Source of the DNA: Lingula anatina | Lineage: Eukaryota > Animalia > Brachiopoda | Assembly: GCA_051362555.1 (NCBI GenBank) | Contig: CM120648.1 | Location: forward strand, 12,892,587-12,956,586 | DNA: 64,000 nt | Reading direction: 5' to 3' | In this document: positions 1-10,971 of the stretch, one piece after another | How the letters are laid out: the number at the start of each line of letters is the position of its first letter | Position numbering within the stretch: position 1 is the stretch's first letter | Program-made: the position numbers and the translations under genes | The notes under the pieces: generated by a model | Database searches by the model: none | What the model saw: the letters and a program-made list of their open reading frames with translations, nothing else | What the model was told of the DNA's origin: nothing

Positions 1-185
1 TTTATTTTTCCATGAAATAATGAAATAAAATCTAAGACGATGTTTTAAATCGCTTTATATCGCTTTTTATCGTGGTCACACCCTTGCATATACTAAACTA
101 AAACAAACAAATAAGCAAACATAATGCAAATATACAGACTGCAATTCATGCCACAGGACACTGTCATAAATTGTCCACAAATGTG

Positions 186-250
186 AGGTGATCATTTACT
201 TACAAAAACACATGGGCTTAGAGGTGGGACAACCTTTCTGACAAAGTCTG
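186..250. mobile_element. Degenerate Tc1-like terminal repeat fragment
   Basis: ggtgatcattt...ggtgggacaacctttctgac resembles the TIR end at 34931-34994. Confidence 0.4.
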
Positions 251-550
251 TCTATTAAACTAGGAATCGATAGTGTTTGTTATAGGCAAATCACAGCACA
301 CAATTTAATACAATTTGCATTTAATTTACCCTTACTTAATACACAACATTCAAGCAACTACACAAAGTTTATTAAAGGCGATTTCTGACAAAAGTTTTTG
401 CCAAGAACAAATGCACAAAAATCATTTCGAGAATAAACGGATTATTTTAGTTTAGGTACCGTCAATCACAAGTCAGACTCAGATGATCTAACGTATTTAT
501 GCAGATACAGTTGTACATGTCCATAGTTAGAGGCAATTTTTTATTCCGTT

Positions 551-1771
551 CTAACGCCTAACAGCGCACACGTTGTAGGGGTATGGCGTAAAAGTGAACG
601 TGTTGAGGCCTTCCACTCCATCCGGAGGTTTCTCGCCCTCTGGTACCTTGAAGGTAAAATTCTGAAGCAACGTGGTGAAGAAAATGAACGCTTCCATTTC
701 AGCAAGCCCCTTGCCCAGGCAAACACGGGGTCCTGAAATACATAAATAATTGAATATTGTATAAAATAAAATAACAATTAATTTAATTACAGTGGTGTTT
801 AGTTCTTTAGTGTACATCTTCTTTGTCTAGGTTGTGTTTGGTGTCCCCCATCAAATTCCAACTACGGACTTACTACAATAAGTTATTTGACAGAAGTTGG
901 CAGTCTAGAAGCCATGGTGTTCGTTATAGAGTCGGTTGAGGTATGATGTATATATAGACCCCATTCCCATAGATATTTAGATCGATCTATCCCCCTGGGG
1001 AGTCTCGCTAGATTGGTGTCAGCTTAACGGGCTTAAATGTCTGTCCCGACTACTAAAAGCTGTAAGGGAGTATTAACTATGGTTCGCGCTCGGCTGACAG
1101 CAATTTGGCGTGAACCCCCACGGAGTTATGTCGATCCAGATGGATCGATCTAAATCTCTGGGAATGCAGTCATAGACAATATGTAAAAGACAGTTACATT
1201 GTATTTCAACAACATGTTGATGTATAAGCGCAATTTTCATTATCATCATATTATTATTTATGAACTTTATAAATTCTAATGGATTTAAGAATAGAACCAA
1301 TTTTCTGCAGCATACCCATAGAAAACGGTATCAGTTTGTCCGACTTGACCACTTTACCGTCGCCATCCAGCCATCTTTCTGGTTTGAACTTGTAAGGATC
1401 TTCGAAGTTATTCTTATCGTGGAGAACCCGGTACAAATCTCCCACTATTACCGTTCCCTTGGGAATGGTGTATCCTGCCAAGTTGGTTGTTTCACTGGTG
1501 GCATGGGGCGCACCCAGCGGAGCTGTTGACATGGAGGAAAACAGCTATCATTTATCAAGCTGGGATAATTGACAGATGGGCAGTGGGGGGAGGGGGGTTG
1601 GCAGCGTGAGAGGGATATATATTAATTATATCAATTTCCATTGTCCTGAGTGTTCTTAAAACGAGTGTCTGCATACTAAAGTACGTATATCATGTGACTG
1701 GAAAACCACTATCAAAAACGTGACAGGAAATAGGACAAACTCGCGTCCTCTTTGTTGAATTTCCATTTTAA

Positions 1772-1822
<51 letters not shown>

Positions 1823-4800
1823 CCTAAGATCTAATAAACCAACTGGTATATTTGATCTTAGATATACTTGGCTGTTGTTATTTGAAATGAATCATTTGTT
1901 GGTAGTTATTTCCGAACTTTAAGGTTATAATACGATTTTTAACTAAAATTAAGACTAAAATTTACTGACCAACGGTGGACAAACGAAAGACCTCCAGTAC
2001 GGTTGCTTCCGTGAATGGCATCCTGGCCTTGTCCTCCATCTTGGCAACACGACCTTGACCTATGACCTTAAGTTAAACACATTAAATCTTATCGATCAAT
2101 CAATAATTTTTTTTAAATAAAAAAACACGTTCATTTTGGAACACGTACGTTATTTTTACAAGCATAAAACCGTTGCAGCACAATCAAAATACATGTGAAA
2201 AGCCAACTTCTAAACTATTTACCAGTCTCACGTGCTCAGTTTTATGACGTTACCTGATCAATTTCCTGTTGCACCCTCTTCTGAGCGTCCGGATGATTTA
2301 CCATATGAACCAGGGACCATCTCAAAGTATTAGCTGTTGTGTCGGTGCCAGCCAAATAGAGATCAACGATGATGCGAAATACGTTCCATTCTGAAATTTA
2401 AGCCCATTGCGTGACCGAAAGTGTTTCATATATATTTTACAGCTACCTCGGTGAAGCCACATACTGGCCTGTATTCACGTTTGTACTTGACCGGTATATA
2501 TATGGATAGTCCATCGTTGATCAGTACAAGTTTATACGATATATAGATTTTTGTTAGCATACGATACTTGACAAATAATAATCCCGTATTCACATTTCAT
2601 CAATACAAGGTTAAATGTTTACGTGAACAGATCCTTTAAGAGTAATATACATATACTGTACCTGTGTAGACCTCGGGATCTTCCTCCTCTTGTGTGACCT
2701 TTATGAAGAGGTCAATGAAGTCCCGGATGTCAGATGGATCAAAGGACTGGCGGTGTTTTTCGACTTCTCGTCGTATCAAACTATATAGCTTTTCCACAAG
2801 GGCGATCATCTTCTTCGCCTGAAAAAAAGTTATTAAAACTTATAGGTCTACTTTATGGCATACTACCGGGAATACGCACACGTGCATCTGACATTTTTTA
2901 TCTGCAAATTGCTCAAATTGCAAGTGGAATAATTTGATCCTTTAGTAAGTACTAGTAAACTGGTAATTATAAAATATAACACGAGGAACAAATAGAAAAT
3001 ATTTGGAAATAAATACTATGAAAAAGCCGTTGGAGAATGTACAAATATAGGCAGGCTGAAAAAAAAAAAAGAAACGGATGATAGAATAATGGTAATAAAA
3101 TTTAAAAGAAATTACCGGCATTATGAACCGTGCCAAGTTGGTAAGGAACAGTGGCCCTTCGCCAAGTCGCATTGCCTTCTCTAAAACTGGCAGCATTTCT
3201 GGGGTGTCATTATAGTCATATCTGAAAGTCATTTGAAAATAAAATAAAAATACTACATTTTTACTAAAATGCTTAATGATGCTTAATAAGATATCCGTAC
3301 GCGGTATTTTGGAAAAATCAATTTCATGAATACGATGGCTAACAGCGACTAAATGTAAATTCATCGAATTTTTACGAGTAGCCCCTTTATTCCCATCAAT
3401 TAATTCTACGACATGTACAAAAAAGTTATGGGTACAGTGGTCTACGATTACCTTGTTCCAAATACAACGATAGAAATAATATTGCTGACAGCTTTCCCAA
3501 TCCTGCCTGTGGGACAGAAAGCCTTCCCATTTTCATCTTCAATGTTTTGTACCAAATATCGAGCTTCATCCTGAATTCTTTCTTGTAAACTTTTTCTCCC
3601 GAGGCCGAGATCTCGAAGAGACGAGAGCGTGAATCTCCTCAGTTCCTTCCATGCGTGCCCGGTTTTAAAAATGACACCAGCTCCTGCAGTTTTAATTATT
3701 GTGTTAAAAGACGAATAGGTATATACCTCCTACAGTAGGTTTCTAAATATCATTTAACCTTCCACATACATGTACAGAAGTCTTTACTACATGTATGTAC
3801 GTCTTTTGTTTAAAGATCCCCCCCCCCAAAAAAAAATACCATATCTGTGTCTTTTCCCCTGCCTTCAACTTATCCCATCGCTACAGGGGTTACTTCTAAT
3901 GCTTTCTAACAGTAATGGCGTACACAAAGATACTAGAAGGCCCAGTGACAGAGAGAGAGACAGAGAGAGAGAGGGAGGGGGGATGACGGATCGTGTGTAA
4001 ATACATGTACTACATACATGTAGTTCATGTTTAAGATAATTTAAGGTCATTCTTACGAACCACCCTGAACATCATCAAGCAGCGGAGATTAATTAAATCA
4101 GATAATCTAAATAGTCAAAAGTTTACATAACCTTAATCAGATAATCTAAACAGTGAAAAGTTAACATAACCTACATACGTGAATATGAGATACAGGGTCA
4201 TAGTTAAACTTTCCATACAAAATATGGCATTTGAATTCGATAAGAATGGCGATTTCAGGAAGAAAATTTCCAGTGTAACCCCTCTCTCCGTCTTCTCCCT
4301 CCTTGTGTCTTTGCTTACCCCCCTCCCCCTCCCCTCCCCCACACACACGCGCGCGCGCACGCGCAAACACATACAAGGTTAACACAATCCTGGATATAGC
4401 AATGTGCGACCATATAGCTAGAGGTACGTGAACTTGCATATAGGATAATTGCATTTATTAATTAAAAAACTCGAAATTACCGTCTTTTCCAACTATTTCC
4501 CTTATGAAATATATCCAAGTAGGCCTAGCGCTGACAGTATCTGCGTTCTTCACGAAAGCCTCCTGGATCAGCTCATAAGTCCCCAGCATTATCATGTGCT
4601 GTTCACCAAATTTAACGTGCATGATATCTCCGTATGTATCATACCATGGAAGAAGATCCGTAGGTTGTCGTCTCCTACCGCTGATCATCATCTGTGGGAG
4701 ACATCCCACCACGGGGAAACAAACAGGTCCGGGCGGCCAGTTCACCCGAGGATTCCTCGACGACAGCATCCACAGACTTAACAACAACACTGCTACGAAT

Positions 4801-4865
4801 ATCAAAACAGTCGGCTGAGCGGCAGTTGAGAAAAACTCCATAATACCCTGTACGGCGTTGGCCAT
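551..4865 (-). CDS. Cytochrome P450, clan 2 (CYP2-like), copy 1; 8 exons, 500 aa, intact
   Basis: Exons 4481-4865, 3452-3683, 3116-3221, 2662-2818, 2254-2390, 1970-2066, 1316-1522, 551-732; all introns GT-AG with compatible phases; total 1503 nt. Motifs: N-terminal TM anchor, PPGP hinge, C-helix WKELRRF, I-helix AGTDTT, K-helix EVFR, PERW, heme FSMG|PRVCLG. Confidence 0.95.
957..1171. mobile_element. MITE in copy 1 intron 7
   Basis: Imperfect TIRs gaccccattcccatagatatttagatcgatc / gatcgatctaaatctctgggaatgcagtc; absent from intron 7 of the other copies; a related end occurs at about 47050-47083. Confidence 0.6.
1774..1820. repeat. (TA)n microsatellite in CYP intron 6 (paralogous tracts at about 10909-10968, 18670-18727 and 33453)
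   Basis: Direct observation; same flanks ttttaaatc / cctaagatct in copies 1-4. Confidence 0.95.
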
Positions 4866-6191
4866 TTTGAGCTCAGCGTGTTGATGACGCAAAATATTTG
4901 AAAGTAACAATTTCTACACCAGCGCAATGTGAGAATCAGTATGACTGTAGCGATATATATAGCGGTATAACCCCTGAAAGTCAACACGGCTCAAGGTCAA
5001 TTCATGCACCATTTAACCCGATAGTAGCGCCAGCGTGTGCACGTGTACATATTTGTATGATCATAGCAAACCTCAAAGGGGTTGCACTGAAAGTCTAAAC
5101 AAAACAGTTTGTGTACAGGGGTCGGTGGGTGACCCACTCACCAGTCTCCCCCTTTTTGCAAATACATACACCATAGTTGTGCTAAGTCGTTGAGTCATTT
5201 CGCGGTACCTTAACCCCATCTCAGTCCCTTATCATGGTAGGGTAGCGAGGAAAATGAGCAAATAAGCGGAGAGAGCCCAGGCGACTGCTCCTCACCCGTA
5301 CAACCCATCTTGCTTGGCTTAAGAGAGAAGGGGACTCTTCCCCACCCATACAGCACACCTTGCTTTGTGTGGTAGGTACGGCATAATTAAAGGGAATAAT
5401 AGTGGCAAAGTTTTTCAGGCCTTCACTACTGTCAGTGGGAGAAAACACGTATATAAACATTCAACCAGAAACCTAGCTGTGTCATGTCTGTCTGCAGTTA
5501 AAAGTCAAAAACTGGGTCGATGTATTAAAAGGTACTGTAGCACTCAAACGTGTGAGGAAAATTACCCATACAAGGACGTCCAAACGCAAAGGGTGCGTTC
5601 GGTCTTCGTTGTATACATCCTTTCATACGCGGGGGAGATGAAATGTTTTGATAAGCTTCAAAAACAAACTCATGCGCTGTTTATAGCTGTACGTTTATTC
5701 TCATACGCTGAAAAAAGCGTATAATCAGTTTTACATACGGTACTCATACGTATATACACTGTATACCTCTGTACACTGTATACCTCTGTAGTTGGCATGA
5801 GCACTATTACTTGTGACGTGTACAGTTCTTGGAGCGATCAAACTTTCCCCGCCTCATTAGAAGAATAAGCCTTTCAGGCTTATTGCAGAAAAGGATCTTC
5901 ATCCGCCTCAATGCATGTATCTACAGTTTTCAAAGCACGAATCTATCAATATATACTTTAAACACTCAAACAACTGCACGACGTTCTTTATAGCGATACA
6001 TGAAAAACGTTATTGCAAAGAGGAAAGGCACGGACACCATTTCGAGACTAAACGAAGTATTTTAGTTTAGATACCGTCAGTCTGACAGTCACATGTCAGA
6101 CTCGGATTATCTGATGTATTTATACAGATACTGTTGTCCATGTACAAGTAGTAACCGGTACATTCATAGTAAGGTAAAGTGTATCTCCGTT
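4866..6191. repeat. Duplicated intergenic spacer of about 1.1-1.3 kb (3' UTR of one copy plus promoter of the next); also 16338-17655, 27365-28505, 38036-39255
   Basis: Near-identical sequence in all four spacers, with copy-specific indels. Confidence 0.9.
4991..4999. promoter_or_regulatory. Candidate NR5A/ERR-type nuclear-receptor site TCAAGGTCA upstream of copy 1 (paralogues at 16465, 27492, 38161, 46021)
   Basis: Matches YCAAGGYCR, 126-136 bp upstream of the ATG in all five copies; a TATA-like tract lies at about 4953-4961. Confidence 0.45.
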
Positions 6192-6379
6192 CTAGCGTCT
6201 AACAGCGCACACGTTGTAGGGGTATGGCGTGAAAGTGAACGCGTTGAGGCCTTCCACTCCATCGGGTTGTTGCTCGCCTTCTGGTACCTTGAAGGTAAAA
6301 TTCTGAAGCAACGTGGTGAAGAAAATGAACGCTTCCATTTCCGCCAGTCCCTTGCCCAGGCAAATACGGGGTCCTGAAA

Positions 6380-6410
<31 letters not shown>

Positions 6411-9400
6411 ATGAATAAAGCAGGAGCATTTAAAATGAATTGAAAAATAAAAATGAAATAAATAATATAGATCTTTAGTACTTCCATCCTTGGTTTAGGT
6501 TTACTTAGTCCGAATATGGCCTGATCTAAATCGGACTAAGGACCTTCTACTACGGTGAGTTTAATTATGTCATTTTAATAGCTGTGGTTTGCGTAATAGA
6601 GTCGGTTGAGGTGTGATGTTTACATTCACAATATATATAAGAAAGTTATTTCTACAACATGGTGATGCATAAGTGCAATTATAATCATAATTATTACTAT
6701 TATTATTATTATTATTATTATTTGTCTTTTTAACTTATGAGATATAATGGATTTAAGAATAGAACACATGTACTGTAGCATACCCATAGAAAACGGTATC
6801 AGTTTGTCCGACTTGATCACTTTACCGTCGCCATCCAGCCATCTTTCTGGTTTGAACTTGTAAGGATCTTCGAAGTTATTCTTATCGTGGAGAACCCGGT
6901 ACAAATCTCCCAGTATTACCGTTCCCTTGGGAATAGTGTATCCTGCCAAGTTGGTTGTTTCACTGGTGGCATGGGGAACTCCAAGAGGGACTGATGACAT
7001 GGAAGAGAAAAAAGAATAAAAATATATATTAGATTAAATGATTTATTTGAATATAGGGATACTAGTAAAGAAAGTGAAGGGATAAAGAGTGTTCTTAAAA
7101 CGAGTATCTGCATATAGTAGGCTTGTTAAGAACCAAAAAATGGCCAAACGCTGCATTTTGTAGTACAAATGTCTAACTTGGCATAAATGTTCCTTGGGCC
7201 AAAAGAACATTTTTTATCCAAAGAGACGCCCTCTATCGATACATTAATTAGCATAAATTATGCAAATTATGTGCCAAAATATATAATATTTCATATTTCC
7301 ATTAATTTTTGGCCTAGAAACATGTATAGATTATCAAACCTGACTAAATTAGAGACAAGGAACCCATTTTTGATCTTTTGGAAGCAATTGGTGGCCATTT
7401 TGTGCCTCAAATCCAAGATGGCCGCCACCCGCCATTTTGAAAGTGGACATAATTTTGCTATTTTATGTTGAATTTTGAAGCGTTTGGTCTATATATACTT
7501 GATATATATATCGAATCCTACTATTTTGGGGGTGAAAAAGTCATTTTTGATATTGTTTTGGTGATAGTAGGTGATTTGAAGGGACAAAGAGGGTGTTTTA
7601 AGTGCCTACCAAGATATGTGTGAACGCTGCAAAACCATGGATATTGATAACCCGTATTCAAATATATCTCAATGCGATTTTTTGTTATATACCATCACTA
7701 CTGGACTATATTTTATCATTATGGAGGCTATTGGTGGCCGTTTTATCCCTCAAATCCAAGATGGCCGCCAAAAACCATTTTGAACTTGAGCATAATTCGC
7801 TATTTTGAAACTATATGTATTACATCTTTGTAAATGAGTAATACGTCGTTTTATATTATTTTCTGGTGCAGAATACATTATCTGTTTCATAAAATGTGAG
7901 TACAAACTATTTTATTCTCCAAAACGAATATGCATGTAGGCTTAAGTCGTCAAATACACATGTGCCATGTAGTCTAATTAGTACAAAATGTTTTATAAAA
8001 TCATAAAGAGCTTGAAACAAGTGTAAGAGACCAAAATGACTTAATTAAAGGTAAAGAACACATACTTGGTGCTTTGGAGACAATTGGAAGCCATTTTGAT
8101 CCTCAAATCCAAAATGGCCACCAGTCACAATTTTGAAATACGGATAAAGCATAACTCATCAATTTGAAGCTATTGCTCTTACACTAGCATGTTATACATC
8201 GTTTCTTATCAATTGGGTTGTAGAAGTCATGTGTCTTATCTCTTCTGAGATATAATACAAAAAGAAAATATTAAAAGGCCCCAACACCAATACAGGCTTA
8301 CTTCTTCACCTTCGCTTGTATACGTCTTGAAGTCAAATTTGTGCAAAAATATGTTATATAACAATTTTAGAATGGTTTTGCCAGACATAGATTAAGTGCA
8401 AGAGACCAGCATAGTGGATTCAACTTTATGGTGACTACTTTTAGCTATTCTGTTGTTCATATCCAACAGCCTGTCTCTATTTTAAAATTATGGCATAATT
8501 TACCTTTTTTGAGCTGTTGGACTTACATATGATCGTAATACATCAATTGTTACTATTTTGGAAGTACATAATTAATTTCTGGTGTTACTCTGGTGACAGA
8601 TGATAATAAAAAAAGGCATAAGGTGTTTTAAGATGATTCCAAGATGAATATTCCTGTAGTTGTCATATACTGTAGATGTTTTGTGCTTGTTCGTCCATTG
8701 GAAACAATGAGAACTATGTAGTCGCCTTATGGATTTCTATTGGTAGTGAGATGACTTGTCTGGCCAAATCATGCTAGGAATGATCACTGGCACTGTCAAC
8801 TAGGAAAAGAGGCTGCTTCCTCGACTTCTTTGCTTTATCCCTCTTACCTTCCTGCGCAGCTGCTGCTTTCTAGTTGGTTTTGCAGATTCATTCTTTTGTG
8901 TAAAGATACCACTTTCCTCTGATGCGACATGTTCTCATGCATTAATGTTTCTCTGGAAACTGGATTCTAATATATTGTTTGGCTGTTTCTCATAGGACAC
9001 TGACAAAACCTCAATTCTTACTAGCTGTTGTTTTATTGGCCTACCAGAGCTGATCATGCATGTTTCTTTTTGCTGTGCTGCTGGATGATTTTGCAGACAA
9101 GATCTAGAGCTATTTCAAAGCAAAGTCCATTTGCTTGTCTTTCACGGACATTTACGCATCAACACAACTAACCAAGTTACATAGTATTATAAGACGACAC
9201 ATTTTTCTCCCTTCAAATCTTCTGGGCTATATTTAACATGCGAATGCAAGCCCCAGTGACTGGGACATAAATGTGCATGTGGCTTTTTGGTTCACATTGA
9301 CCAGTAAAAGATTAATAATATAATACCACTATGTATATATATTTATTGCTTTCCTTTGAGTATTCAGTATCTTTTAGTGGATGGTCACTTAAGATAAATC

Positions 9401-10906
9401 TAGATGATATATTTGAGCATGTGGTTTGGGTTCCACATTTTTGTAACAGACTCAACGAAACTCATCTTGGAATTTATTTTACAACCTTATATCACGGTAC
9501 CTTTTTATTATCTTCTGTCATCAAATTAGCACCGGAAAATTACTTTTGAGCCCCAGAATAGTACCATTTTACCTAATACAAGCGAATGAGGGTCCCACAG
9601 TTCAAAGATTATAAATAACACCAAATTATTAAAATAGCGGCAAGCAACCATCACTTGGTTTTGATCAAAATAATGGCTAACAATTTTCCTCATGCGGTCA
9701 AAGATGTATTCTTTTGCTTTAATTCAGCCATTTTGTTTGCTGACACTTGTTTTATAGATCGGCAAAAGCATTTTTGTACTAATTGGATTACTCATTGTAC
9801 ATATAAACTGCAGGTCCATGTAGCAACTGAATCCTATATTTATTTGGAGGCTTATAAAAGTTTCTATTTACATTTTATGAAACCGAAAATGCATTCTGCT
9901 CCAGGAAATAATAAAAAATGACGTATGGCACGCTTATGAAGGTGTGATAGTTTCAAAATGGTGAATAATGTTCAATTTGAAAATAGCGTATGAGGGCCAT
10001 CTTGGATTTGAGGCACAAATTTTAAGAAACAAATAATGTATTCTGCACCAGAAAATAATATAAAACGACGTATTACTCATTTACAAAGATGTAGTACATG
10101 TAGTTTCAAAATAGCGAATTATGCTCATGTTCAAAATGGTTTTGGCGGCCTTCTTGGATTTGAGGGATAAAACGGCCACCAATGGCCTCCATAATGGTAA
10201 AAATGTGTTTTTTTTTGCTCATAATATAGTCCAATAGCAATGGTATATAACAAGAAATTGCATTGAGATATATTTGAATACGGGTTATCAATATCCATGG
10301 TTTTGCAGCGTACACACATATGTGGTAGGCACTTAAAACACCCTCTTTGTCCATTCAAATCACCTACTATCACCAAAACAATATCACAAATGACTTTTTC
10401 ACAAAAATAGTAGGAATCGATATTTATATCAAATATATATAGACCAAACGCTTCAAAATTCAACATAAAATAGCAAAATTATGTCCACTTTCAAAATGGC
10501 GGGTGGCGGCCATCTTGGATTTGAGGCACAAAATGGCCACCAATTGCTTCCAAATGATCAAAAATGGGTTCCTTGTCCCTAATTTAGTCAGGTTTGATAA
10601 TCTATACATGTTTCTAGGCCAAAAATTAATGGAAATATGAAATATTATATATTTTGGCACTTAATTTGCATAATTTATGCTAATTAATGTATCGATAGAG
10701 GGCGTCTCTTTGGATAAAAAATTTTCTTTTGGCCCAAGGAACATTTATGCCAAGTTAGACATTTGTACTACAAAATGCAGCGTTTGACCTCTTAACAAGC
10801 CTACTAATACTAAAGTACGTATATCATGTGACTGGAAAACCACTATCAAAAACGTGACAGGAAATAGGACAAACTCGCGTCCTCTTTTGTTGAATTTCCA
10901 TTTTAA

Positions 10907-10971
<65 letters not shown>

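Noticed and set aside
4449-4818. Recurrent plus-strand ORFs over exon 1 (also near 15777, 26870, 37733, 45493) and over exon 8 (6093, 17557, 39157)
   Set aside because: Antisense shadows of the P450 exons, repeated only because the unit is duplicated; starts vary and no motifs are present.
4866-4910. N-terminal extensions (MLLSNILRHQ / MRHQHAKLK) of the P450s
   Set aside because: They depend on TTG starts from a prokaryote-style ORF caller; the conserved ATG of MAN(A/V)V gives a 385-nt exon 1 CDS in all five copies.
5221-5724. 79-119 aa spacer ORFs repeated in several units
   Set aside because: Several use non-ATG starts; they are disrupted by deletions in the copy 3 and copy 4 spacers; no recognisable domain.
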